From positions 4,770,472-4,834,471 of the forward strand of contig CAVNZM010000003.1 in assembly GCA_963693365.1 (NCBI GenBank): a DNA stretch of 64,000 bases, written 5' to 3'. Under the pieces are notes generated by a model. The model worked only from the letters and a program-made list of their open reading frames with translations. It was not told the origin of the DNA and did not search any database. The DNA comes from Amoebidium appalachense. Its lineage: Eukaryota; Protista; Ichthyosporea. Position 1 is the stretch's first letter; each line of letters starts with the position of its first letter. Below, piece by piece: positions 1 to 10,409 of the stretch. The translations under genes and the position numbers were made by a program.

Positions 1-1
1 C

Positions 2-2779
2 GTGCAGCAGCCTCATGGGCACGCTGATGACTTGGACTCTGAGACGAGTAGGGTTTGGCCCCTGGGCAGGTACACTGTCAAGTACCAGTACCCGGAAGAC
101 GTGCATTCAGGCAAGTGGCGGGAGACCACCATTGGGTACTTTGGGACTCCCAAACTTTCACTACTCCGACATAGCTACAAGGCGTTGGTCAGGGGTGGGG
201 TTGAGGCATTTTTCAAGAAGGCCCACACATATCTGGACCCCAACCAGCCACTGGAGCGGTGGGGTGGTCGGTTGCCGGAGGTGGTGAAGGTAGACGTAGC
301 CTACCACCCTGGCTATGAGCACTTTGAGGACAAGTACGGTAGCACGTACGTGTGGAACAGACCTAGGGCACCTCCGCCCCCCTTGCCCGACGTGGCCCCC
401 CTGCCGACCCCACCCCTCCCCCCACCTGTCCCGGCCACACCCCCGGGTCGGGCTCCGGCCATACCGTACCCCCCACCTCCCAAGCCACCTCCACCGCCCA
501 AAACCCCTGCCCCAAACGCACCACGCCGCCGGCCCCATAACGAGCCCGCACCCTCCTTCGGGCCCCTGGCGCCCCATGTGGCCGGCCCCACCATGCCCAC
601 CCCGCCAGAGTCCCTGAAATGGGAGGTGCCTCCCCCGCCCCGTGTCCCCGTGGCCTTCCCCCCAGAGCTTGACCCACAGACTCCCACGGCACCCCACCTG
701 CCGGCCAAGCCCAACGTTCCACCCATACCCTTTCCCCCCTCGACGGGCCGGCCCCTGCAGACGTCCAAGCCGGACCGGTCGAGGCTGCCCGGCAAAGGGA
801 AAGGCACCGGTCTGCCGGTGACACGGACCAGCACAACCCGTTCTGGGTCACTGCCCGGGCCGGTGGCCGTGGCAAGCAAGCACGTCGACGTTGTGGAGCC
901 TGCGGTAGCCCACGGACCCACCATAGCCCCGGTACAACCTCTACACACGCCTCCCGATGACGACGACGACGACGACGAGCCAACGACCAGTGCCTGGCCA
1001 CGTCCACGGCCGGTTACCCTGGCCGGCAACGACCCCAACCGCCCCTCCCCACTCCATGTGGGGGTCTTGGCACCCCATATGACCGGTCCCACCATGCCCA
1101 CCCCGCCAGAGTCCTTGTATTGGAAGGCACCCAAGGAACCAGCCACCCCCATACCCTTCCCCCCGGAGCTCTACCCACAGACCCCCATGGCCCCCCACCT
1201 GCCGGCCAAGCCGGACGGACCACCCATACCCTTCCCGCCGCAGACGGTTCAACCCCCGCCACAGTCGCCCGCCAAAGGGGGGAACGGTACCGGCCTGCCC
1301 ATGGGTCGTAACGGGCCACGGCGGAGGCCGACTGCCCCGGCCATACCCTTCCCCCCACCACTACAACCGGCACCAACGCCGTACCCCCAGTCTCCTGCCT
1401 ACCGTGGACCCGACCCGCCGGCCATGATACCCCCACGGCCGCCAAAGTCTGGCGGGTGGCCGTTGCAAATTTGGGCCGAAGCCTTCCCCCTCGTGCCTGC
1501 GCCCCCAACGCCCGAGTCCCAGGCCCACCCCACAGTCACACCTACACCGACGCCCACCAACGAGCTGGATGTGTGGAAAATGAAACTACCCTTGTCCAAC
1601 GTCACGCTCTTGGACGTCGCAAACGCTCTGGCACCAGCCAATTACGAGTTCCAGGAGCCCATGTGGGACTTTGAGAAAGAGTTGTTGGACAAACACCCCG
1701 AGTATTATCAAGCTCTGCAGGGTTTCGCCCCGTACCAAGCCATCAAATTCGTAGCTTGGGGACTCAAGAAGGAAGAGCCCAAGGCCTCGAGGCAGGCCCT
1801 GTATGAGTACCGTGTGCGAGGGGGGAAGCTTTCAGACCTGCCCCTCGGTATTGACGGCCCCACCACCACCACCACGCCCACCCCCAGCCCCAGCCCCAGC
1901 CCCACCCCAGCAGCCATCGGCTATGACGGTGACGTGACGACGTACCCAAGCACCAAGAGGGCGGTCTCGCAAACAGGGGGTGCTGCCGCTGTGTGGAGAC
2001 CCCCCACGTCCCCCGCCCGACCCGACGAGGAGGGGGTGCTGAGTCCCTTTTGGCAGGGGTTGCGGGAACACCTTGACATGCTCGGGCGGGAGAGCCCGGA
2101 GGAGTTCACAAGGCGGGTGAGGGAGGACCAGACGGGGTGGGACCACCCTGCCGTGGCCTCCTACGTGAGGGGGGTGTTCATGGGGGCAGCACGCCAGCTT
2201 CTGGGCAACGTGGTAAGGGGCCACCATGGTGACGGTGGCCAGCCGGCTATTGCTGACGGCGGTGTTGGTGGCGGTTGCCCGAACCTGCAAGAGGCCGTGT
2301 TGGGGAACCGTGACACCCTCGGAGAACTCCAGAAGGTAGCAAAGGGGGTAGCTCTGCACATGCTGAAGGTTGCTACCAAAGGTAACAACACTGGCGTACC
2401 ACGCCTACCGTACACGCCAACAGCCACGGCTACTGCTCACCCCACCCCCACAGGCACCCCCACGTGGCCACATGGTCCGAGCTTCCCCGTGCCCACCCCC
2501 ACCGGTGCCCCTTCACCCACAGCCACCCCTGGGCTGGCAGCGGCCGTGCACCGTGACCATCATGCCAACTACGGGAGGGGGGACATGCCCAGGCACCCAC
2601 ACCACCCGCACGTGCGTGCACACGTGCACAGGCCAGGGGTTGTGCCGGCCAGCCATGCCGCCGGGTATGTCGAGGGTGGCCCGGTCCCTAAGTCTGCCCG
2701 TGGGGTGTACCGCACCAAGACAGCCAGCAAGGAGAAGAAGAAGAACACGGCCAAGAGGAAGAAGGGTGCCGGCAAATAA
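2..2779 (+). CDS. Large proline-rich protein of the Polinton-like element (5'-truncated), with an internal ~58-aa duplication and a basic C-terminal tail; function unknown
   Basis: 925-aa open frame running off the window start. Duplicated block LAPHxxGPTMPTPPESLxW...FPPELxPQTPxAPHLPAKP...PPIPFPP (~566-738 and ~1067-1238). Ends KTASKEKKKNTAKRKKGAGK. Confidence 0.75.
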   Translation: MQQPHGHADDLDSETSRVWPLGRYTVKYQYPEDVHSGKWRETTIGYFGTPKLSLLRHSYKALVRGGVEAFFKKAHTYLDPNQPLERWGGRLPEVVKVDVAYHPGYEHFEDKYGSTYVWNRPRAPPPPLPDVAPLPTPPLPPPVPATPPGRAPAIPYPPPPKPPPPPKTPAPNAPRRRPHNEPAPSFGPLAPHVAGPTMPTPPESLKWEVPPPPRVPVAFPPELDPQTPTAPHLPAKPNVPPIPFPPSTGRPLQTSKPDRSRLPGKGKGTGLPVTRTSTTRSGSLPGPVAVASKHVDVVEPAVAHGPTIAPVQPLHTPPDDDDDDDEPTTSAWPRPRPVTLAGNDPNRPSPLHVGVLAPHMTGPTMPTPPESLYWKAPKEPATPIPFPPELYPQTPMAPHLPAKPDGPPIPFPPQTVQPPPQSPAKGGNGTGLPMGRNGPRRRPTAPAIPFPPPLQPAPTPYPQSPAYRGPDPPAMIPPRPPKSGGWPLQIWAEAFPLVPAPPTPESQAHPTVTPTPTPTNELDVWKMKLPLSNVTLLDVANALAPANYEFQEPMWDFEKELLDKHPEYYQALQGFAPYQAIKFVAWGLKKEEPKASRQALYEYRVRGGKLSDLPLGIDGPTTTTTPTPSPSPSPTPAAIGYDGDVTTYPSTKRAVSQTGGAAAVWRPPTSPARPDEEGVLSPFWQGLREHLDMLGRESPEEFTRRVREDQTGWDHPAVASYVRGVFMGAARQLLGNVVRGHHGDGGQPAIADGGVGGGCPNLQEAVLGNRDTLGELQKVAKGVALHMLKVATKGNNTGVPRLPYTPTATATAHPTPTGTPTWPHGPSFPVPTPTGAPSPTATPGLAAAVHRDHHANYGRGDMPRHPHHPHVRAHVHRPGVVPASHAAGYVEGGPVPKSARGVYRTKTASKEKKKNTAKRKKGAGK

Positions 2780-2810
2780 TCTACGTCATTAGGCAGCAGC
2801 GGCGGCAGAC

Positions 2811-3032
2811 ATGGCACACAGCACCGAGCACATGCGCATGCACGCTTTGCCCCACACGCTGGCACCCCTCCCCGTACCCCTACCCTACCGCGCCCGACCC
2901 GCACCACAGACCCACCCGTTCTACGGCCCGGGCAACGTCGTCGAGGGGCCAGGGGGGACCATGAGGCCCAGACCCCCCACCTACACACCGTGGCCCGTGG
3001 CCGCCGACCAGAGCTCCTTCCAAAACTTTTAA
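2811..3032 (+). CDS. Small hypothetical viral protein (73 aa)
   Basis: ATG-initiated ORF packed 31 bp after the large ORF, same strand and similar codon style; no recognised motif. Confidence 0.4.
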   Translation: MAHSTEHMRMHALPHTLAPLPVPLPYRARPAPQTHPFYGPGNVVEGPGGTMRPRPPTYTPWPVAADQSSFQNF

Positions 3033-3071
3033 ATATTGTGTGTGCTAGTGTAAACAGCCTGCAGCACCATC

Positions 3072-3263
3072 ATGGAGCTCAACCCCGGCGGGCCCCCCAC
3101 ACGCAAGAGGCCGTTTATCTTCCCGGAACAGAACAACAACCTGAATGTCATGGACGTGTCCACCATACGGGACTTTCGGCAACGTCCCCTGGCCTACACC
3201 GTAAAACTGTCCGGTGTCAACGCCAACAGACCCATTCGTACGGCACCTGTGGTGTTCAAATAA
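3072..3263 (+). CDS. Small hypothetical viral protein (63 aa)
   Basis: ATG in a good context (CATCATGG), tandem with the previous ORFs, non-repetitive composition; no recognised motif. Confidence 0.45.
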   Translation: MELNPGGPPTRKRPFIFPEQNNNLNVMDVSTIRDFRQRPLAYTVKLSGVNANRPIRTAPVVFK

Positions 3264-3395
3264 ACCTGGGCGGGTCGACGGTAGTGTGGGCACGTGCTGG
3301 CACACCCCCACTACCACCCCACGCCTGCCACAACCCCATTCTATTGTGCACAGTGTTGTCTCTAAATGCAGAGCAGGTAGCACCTGGCTACCCGC

Positions 3396-4286
3396 CTACA
3401 GGCAGAACATGTTATGTTCCACTAGCATGTGGTAGTTTTTAAGGTCCCTCTCCAGCCGTGCCCACACCCTATCGCTCTTTACTCTAGTCACTTTGCTTTT
3501 GACCGTGGGCACCAGCCTGGCTATTACTCCCGCGTCCATACCACGCACTAACCCTACCATTTTCACCAACAGGAAGGGGTACCCCACAAAGTTCTTCCGT
3601 GTGTCCTCCTTGTGTCTCCGGTGCCACGACAAGCAAAACTTAAACATGCCCGTCAAGACCTCCAACTGCTCGCACGTAAACCTGGGGAGGGGGTGCCCGT
3701 ACAACCTGTTAAGTATGTAAGGCACGCGTGTGTAGTGTTGGGTGAGTTTGCTCTGTCTCAGCACCCTCCTTGCCTGGTCGGCGTTCTCTATGCCTTGCAC
3801 GCCCCTGAATGCTGCCACCACCCCCTCCTGCATGTCACCCATGCTCGCATTCAGGCCCTGCACCGACTGCAGCAGCTGCTTGAAGTGGTTAATGTGTCTG
3901 TATGGCTGTGACCTCTTTCTGTCCCAGAAGGCCGTGCACCCCTCATACGTCTTCCTCCCCTCCCCGTCGCTGCCCTCCCACCCCCTCCCGTCGTACACCC
4001 AGTCCTCCTCCTCCTCCTCCTCCTCCTCCCCCTCCCCCTCCCCCCTCCCTCCCCCCTCCTCGTACACGTACTCCTGGTCCCCTCCGTCGTGCTCGTATTC
4101 GTCGTGTTCCCCCGTGCACGTCTCCCTCTCCTTGCAGTATGCCCACCAGCACCCTTGTGTCTGTGGCCGTGGCCGTGGCTGTGTGGTGGTGTTGCAGTAC
4201 ATGTCGTAGAGGAAGGGGCACAGGTCTAGCAGCTTCTCAGGGTCCGTGGTGTTGGCCACCATACTTAGCAACGTGTCTTCGTCCAT
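3396..4286 (-). CDS. VLTF3-like (poxvirus A2/NCLDV late transcription factor 3 family) protein
   Basis: Motif series YRHINHFKQLLQSVQG...LRQSKLTQHYTRVPYILNRLYG.PLP...MF...RKNFVGYPFLLVKM...LVPTVKSK...DRVW matches the VLTF3 consensus (Y.R.NHF...L...Q; RKNFL.Y.Y.L.K; PLLKS...D.IW). The N-terminal Cys region is interrupted by an acidic stretch. A-run before the ATG. Confidence 0.85.
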   Translation of the reverse strand: MDEDTLLSMVANTTDPEKLLDLCPFLYDMYCNTTTQPRPRPQTQGCWWAYCKERETCTGEHDEYEHDGGDQEYVYEEGGGRGEGEGEEEEEEEEDWVYDGRGWEGSDGEGRKTYEGCTAFWDRKRSQPYRHINHFKQLLQSVQGLNASMGDMQEGVVAAFRGVQGIENADQARRVLRQSKLTQHYTRVPYILNRLYGHPLPRFTCEQLEVLTGMFKFCLSWHRRHKEDTRKNFVGYPFLLVKMVGLVRGMDAGVIARLVPTVKSKVTRVKSDRVWARLERDLKNYHMLVEHNMFCL

Positions 4287-4299
4287 TTTTTTTCCGTGT

Positions 4300-4333
<34 letters not shown>

Positions 4334-4412
4334 CGGCCGAAGTTCACCTAATTCGTGATGACTGTTTTTGTGTTGGAAAAAAGTGACGTGTCTGTGCACA
4401 CGTGTGTGCCTT

Positions 4413-4649
4413 TTATATGTGCTGGTGCCTGCTCTTTTTGCCAAGCCTCCCGCCCTTGTACACGTGTATGGTTCCGGTGTTGGTGTTGCTTTTGCCGAAG
4501 GGCACATTGGACATGCTTGGTTTTGCATTAAGCTCTGAATTTATTGGCTGCCTCCCCTCGTGCATACGGTGCACGTGGTGTATGCCTAAAAACACCATCT
4601 TTTTCCTCTTCTGCCGGTGACCCCCCTGCCCGTGCACTCTGCACCCCAT
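4413..4649 (-). CDS. Small basic hypothetical protein (78 aa) between PolB and VLTF3
   Basis: ATG at 4649 preceded by an A-run (AAAAATG), as for the VLTF3 gene; K/R/H-rich; no recognised domain. Confidence 0.3.
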   Translation of the reverse strand: MGCRVHGQGGHRQKRKKMVFLGIHHVHRMHEGRQPINSELNAKPSMSNVPFGKSNTNTGTIHVYKGGRLGKKSRHQHI

Positions 4650-4753
4650 TTTTCTTTCTTCTAATGCTAAGTTAACAAACACACCACATAATTTTCCACT
4701 GCTAGACTACCTCCTAACTGACCCCCCTCCCTCCCCCCTACCCCTCCCCCCAC

Positions 4754-7700
4754 TCAAAACTGCAGGTTCCCCTCCGGTGCCGCCCACCCGATGGGGTAGC
4801 TGCGTACACTGCCGTCGGCCGCCTTGAACACCCCCCTCTTGTCGAACGCCCCCGACTGTGTCTTGCGCTGGTCCTTGCTGGCCAGGTGGTAGTTGTGGGG
4901 GACCCCGGGCACGGGCTCCCGCAGCAGCCGGTGGTTGGTGACGCTCACACTCGGCAGCTCGCCGTGCACCAGCATGCGCAGGCTGGGGAGGTTCACCATG
5001 TCGGCCGCCCGGCGGGACAGGGTGATGCCCTTGACCTTCACGTCGGTCTTGCCGTCCTGGGTGCGGTAGGCATACGTCTTGGGGGCCACCCCCACAAACT
5101 CGACGATGGGTGTCGACGTCTCGTTCTTCCAGTTGCCCAGCAAGTCCCCGTTGGTGGAGTCGATGTTGTGGCTGAGGTGGGGCACCCTGCTGTCGAAGTG
5201 GTAGACGATGGAGTCGGTGTCCATGTACACCACCTGCTGGGGGGAGAGGGACCGGAGGGCCCCGTAGAGGTGCAGCCGGGCATGGGCCGTCACGAACGTG
5301 CCGATGGCAATGTTGGCGTAGGAGGGGGGTGGGGCCGTCTCCTTCTTGGGCCGGTACTTGATGGCCACCCTCTGCTCACCGATGGGCTCGACGTCGAGCA
5401 CCAGCAGGTTGGGGTTCGTCACCAGCAGCCTCAGCCTGTCGACGTCGTCGACAAACTCGATGGTGTCCAGCCCTGCCCTCTGCACCAGCTTGCCCCAGAG
5501 GCTGTTCAGAAACAGCTTGCTGATGGTACGCAGGGCCGGGTTGGGCTCGAACTCGTGGGCGGCCACCGTGATGCCGTAGTGTTCCTTGAACAGGTGCACG
5601 AGGGCGGGGATGTCGGCCGGATCTACGGTGGTGCTGGTGAGCTTCACCTTCAGGAACGTCTGCACGTACTTCCGGAAGAGGTTCTTGGTGCGTTTCTTGA
5701 AGTGCACCACGTCGTACACGTCGAGGATGGTGTACCCATCACGCACGGCCACCTTCAGCTCCTCCGTCGTCCACGTGCCCACCAGTGCCCTCTCCTCGTC
5801 CGTGTGTGTGCACAGTGCACAGTGTGTGCTCACGTACCCTGGGGTTGCCGTCCTCGTCCATGCAGGTGGCCCGGGCCTCCTCCTTGCTGCTGCAGGCCCG
5901 GCACAGCACAAAGCCCAGCTTGTCGTACCCCTGGGCACCCGTCATACGCACAGGCAGCACGGGGATGAACAGGTCCTTGGGGGGGAGCACCCTCACACGT
6001 GCAACACCAAAGTACCCCTTGGTCCTGGCCTGGGGGGAGCCGGGGGTCATACGGCACGTCTTGTCGAGCCTCTCCTTCAGCACCTGGGCATCCGTGACGA
6101 TGGCCGTGGGGTGGTCCTCCGTCTTGATGGGCAGTGACGTGAACCACTGTGACTTGCCCACCGGCATGTACTTGTCAATCATCACGTACGGGTAGAGGGA
6201 GGTGACGTCGACGTACTTGAGCCCGGCCTCCGGCCAGTCCTCCTCCTTGACCTCGATGTGACGGGTGATGACCTCCGTACGGCCACCAAAGAAGGCATCA
6301 CGGAACTGCACCGGGCCCGTGGGCACGGGGGCCACCCTGCCGGTGCCCTCCCTCCGTGCCGCCTGTGCTGCAAGGGCAGCCTTGACCTCGGGGCTCTGCC
6401 TCAGCCTGTCCCACCTGCACTCCCACATGCTCTGCACCTTGTGCCCCTGGGCACGGATGTACCTCTCGTGGGCCATGGTGCTGTCGTAGGCCTCCCTGGC
6501 CGGCCTCTTCACCACCCTCATCGTCAGATCCTCGTGCCTGTTGCAGTCGGGGCACCCATGGAACACACACCCGTGGAAGAAGTAGTGGGTGCACGTGCCG
6601 TCGTCGTGGTTGGCCTTGGCATCGGCCGTGGCCCTGCCGTGGGGGTCGTACCCGGTGGCCACGTGCCGTGCAACGTCGTCTGGCCCCACCCCCAGGCCGT
6701 GGGTGACGTAGTCGATGTACTCCTGCTCCTTCTTGCTGCTGTTCACGTTGCCCATGGTCTGGTCACGCATCACGGCCACGTCCTTGGGCATGGCCTGCGT
6801 GATCCAGAAGTGCATGGCGAGGGAAGCAAGGGTGACGCACGTGAAGGGGTCGATGCCCGTCAGCTCGATGAGTTTCGACATGAAGGCCTTGACCACCTGC
6901 TGCAGCAGCACCACATCCTTGACACAGTAGTCCTCGCACTGCTGGGCAATGTCGTAGCACGTGCCCGCCGGTGCCTGCCCCTGCAGCCGTGCCTGCTCCT
7001 CCCGCCACCACTGCATGAAGGCAGCATGCTGCTTGGGCTTCATGTCCTGGGCCCCAAAGTCCTCGGGCCCGGGGAAGGGGATGTGGCCGGCCTTGAAGTT
7101 GGCAAACGTGGCTGCATGGTGGGGGAAGTGGCCCTTCGTCTCCTGGCACCCCATGGCCTTGCCGGCGTCCGACAGCGACATGGTGAGGAAGTTGAGGGTG
7201 TCCACGAACGTCAGCTCCACCACCGTCGTGCGGCTGCCGTCCCCCCTCTGCCCCCCGTGCCTCCTCTTCCGGCCGGTGCCTGCTGCTGCTGCTGCCTACT
7301 GCACATCACCATGGCCATCACCATGGCCATCACCATGGCCATCACCATGGCCATTGCCATCGTGGCCATGGCCATGGCCATCGGCACCATCACCATCACC
7401 ATCACCATCACCATCCACCCGCATGGGCACGGGGGCTGCTGGTGCACCGGCATTCTTGACGTAGTGGCGTATACGGCAGGACTTGATCTTGCTGTTGGCC
7501 ATGATGGGCACGTACACGTAGTCCTGGCTGCCCACCACCCTCTTGGTCACAAAGTGGAAGTCAAAGCCACTGCCGTTGTGGCAGTACACCCGGCCGCCGG
7601 CATGGGCTGGTGTGTCGAACAGCCATGCCACCACCTTGTCAATCACGTGGTGGTGGTCCTCCATCAGCACATCCCACCCGTTCTTGCCGTCGGCCGAGTC

Positions 7701-10409
7701 CTCCGGCCAGAAGACGATGGGGGTTGAGGGCTGGCCGTCCATTGGCTCGACGTACATGGCCACTGCATGGTACACGATGTGGATGAAGTGGGGGTTTTCG
7801 GCCGTGTGGTCGGGGGCGGGCACGGGCATGGTCTCGAAGTCCAGCACAATGTCCCTGATGGGCTGCCGGGTCTGCTTCCACGGCCCCCTGCTGCCATCGT
7901 CGTCGGGCACGTGCCGTTTGCACACGTGTGCACCCACCCTGCCGTCGGCACCATCCACCCTGGCCCTCTGCCGTGCAGGTGACTCTCCCCCCCCTCCCCC
8001 TCCCCCTCCTCCCCCTCCTCCCCCTGCCCATGCTCGTTGGAGTAGCACGCCACCCTGTCGCACGCCGTGCCGTCTGCATCCGTGTGCGTGCACATGTACA
8101 CACGTCGCTGGTCACGCTTGCTGCGTATGAGGCACGTGTGGTTGCCGGGCATGTACCCCCCACACCCCTTGCAGTCGTAGTCGGTGCACAGGTGCTGTGT
8201 CCACGTGTCGTCCTTCTTCTTGCCCCCGTGCTCACCCCCGTCATCCCCCTCCCCCTCAGACATCTGCATGAGGTCGATGCCATCGCTGTTGTCATCATCG
8301 TCACCTTCGTCGTCCGACGAGTCGGCAAGGCCGGGTGGGGGGTCTGAGTCGGCATCCTCGGCATCCGAGTCCTCCTCCGTGTCCGTGCCCCAGCCCCAGT
8401 CCTCCCCCTCGTCGTTGGCTCCCGCATCTGCACCTGCATCGTACCCCCCTTGCTCCTGGGCGGTGTGCAACCGACGTAGCCGGCACACGCTGGCGTACTT
8501 GAACTTGTAGAGGAACCGGCCGGCAGGGTTGCCCGACACACACACCCTACGGGCATCATCCCCACTGCCAAACACCCGGTACCCCTGCAGACCGTGGGTG
8601 CACGTGGCCAGCCGGCACCAGAACACGGTGTCACAGAAGGATTGTTGCCGGCCGTCGGCCCTGGCCCCCACCCCCTTGAGCCTGGTGCTGTGGTTGGCCA
8701 TGCACTTGGCTGAAGGGAAGAGACCACAGCAGTCGTCACAACGGTAAGGCCATGCCTCCTCCCCTGCCTGTGCAAGCTGCAGACGGCGCTCGGGGGTCCA
8801 CACACAGGCGTTGGCCTGGTCGTTGCGGTCCCCCTTTGATCCACAGTTCTCACACCGGTTCACACAACGGTGCACCCCCATGTTCTTGGCTTGCACGGTC
8901 TGGTTGCAGTGGAAGCAGGTGCTGAGGCTCCGACGTGCCTCCCCCGTGTGGTTGTCGTGTCGTAGGCGCTCAACGGTGGTGCTGACACTCGAGGTGATGG
9001 CCGTGAAGTGCCCCAGCTTCTGGGAGTGGGCCAAGTACATGGTGCACAGCTTGGAGGGGGGTAGGGCCGTGCTCAGGTCCCCGTACCGGCGTAGCACCCT
9101 GCCCTTGCTGTCCATGTCCACCACCACCAGCCGCAGGCGGGTCACTGACTCGGGCTGCTCGGCAATGGCCGTGTTGAGGGCATCCACGGCTGCACCCAGC
9201 TCATCCACCGTCAGGCCGTCCTCTGCAGGCACAGGCAGGTCGTACTTGGCCCACAGCACGTGGGTGGCCCTCACCAGTCTCCGCAGGTAACGGTCCTTGA
9301 AGTGGCTACGGTAGTCTGTGGGTGGGAACAGCAGGTTGCACACCCCACAGCCGGCAGATCTGGACCTCCCCAGGGTCGTGTTGCCGACCCCCACCACCTC
9401 CTCCGGGGTCAGCAGGTGGCACAGCACGTGGTGGTCCTTGCGATCCATGAGGTTGCCCCCCTTGCCCAGCACCTTGCGTGTGTGCTCGGTGGGCAGGTTG
9501 GCCTGCTCGTTGCCATTGGCTGCCTTCTTGAGCCACATCACCATGCAGTACACCAGGCACAGCTGGGCACAGTTGGGGCCGTAGGCAAAGCCGTGAAGCT
9601 GCTGATGGTCCTGGCAGGTCTCCCCTGTCACCTGTGGGTCGTCGGTGGTGCAGGCATCCTGCACCAGGGCGGTCACATCCACCACGGCCTTGGCCTCCAC
9701 CAGATCCTGCAGCCATCGTGCATTCACCCCCGTGGTGGTGGACAGGGTGCCGCAGGCCCCCCTCCTCACCATGTCCTTGGGCCGGGCCACTGTCAGATGC
9801 ACGCTGGATCGGCCATCCATGAAGGTCTCGGCTGCACTCTGGGTACGTTGACGTATGTTCTCCATCAGCTTGAGCACCACGGCGTTGACATCACCATTGA
9901 ACACGTCCATGGGGCCGGCCGTAAACACCCTCCGGTTGGTGACATCGGCATTGGGGTTGCCGTCATCCCCCACCTGGTTGTCCACACCGTTGGCCTGCAC
10001 GTGCAGGCTGATGATACGCACAATCAGCATGTCCCCCACCTGCACATCTGCACGGGCAATGGCATCGAACAGCATGGCAGCAAAGAACTGGGGGAACTCG
10101 GTGACGTCAAGGGTGCGCAGGGGTTGGTACTCGAGGGTGTGGCCACGCACACCCAGTCCCCGTGCCTGCATGTCATCGACACGGGAACGCAGCCGCCAGT
10201 TGCCCTCGGCGGGCATGGCAATGATCTGGGGGTCATCGGGGTGGTTGATGGGGGCGGGGGCCGGGGGGAGGCCGGGGAGGGGTGGGGGTGGGGGGTGGTG
10301 GGGCCAACATGGCCTGCAGAAACGGGTGGGCTTGCAGGACCTGTTGCGGGTCGGCATCCAGTGCCCGCAACAGGTCATCTTCAAACTCTTCCTGGCTCTC
10401 TCTGAACAT
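4754..10409 (-). pseudogene. Protein-primed family B DNA polymerase (pPolB), ~1880 codons when reconstructed, interrupted at 4 sites
   Basis: Exo I LDFET (~7830), Exo II HNGSGFDFHF (~7550-7582), FVDTLNFL/KGHFPH, Exo III YCVKDV, motif A YVDVTSLYP (~6190-6216), LCRAC...CTHTDEERALVGTW, motif B KLFLNSLWGK (~5490-5520), motif C YMDTDS (~5212-5228), PKTYAY, KVKGIT. Lesions: extra base in the G6 run 10290-10295, missing base in the C8 run 7987-7994, in-frame TAG at 7296-7298, 7-bp duplication at 5809-5822. Likely start ATG 10409 (MFRESQEEFEDDLL). Confidence 0.93.

Noticed and set aside
161-2988. Minus-strand Gly-rich ORFs over the Pro-rich gene
   Set aside because: Antisense shadows of C-rich codons.
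7975-8000. Programmed -1 frameshift in pPolB at the G8 run
   Set aside because: A homopolymer indel is more parsimonious given a comparable error in a host exon and other lesions in the gene; no evident stimulatory structure.
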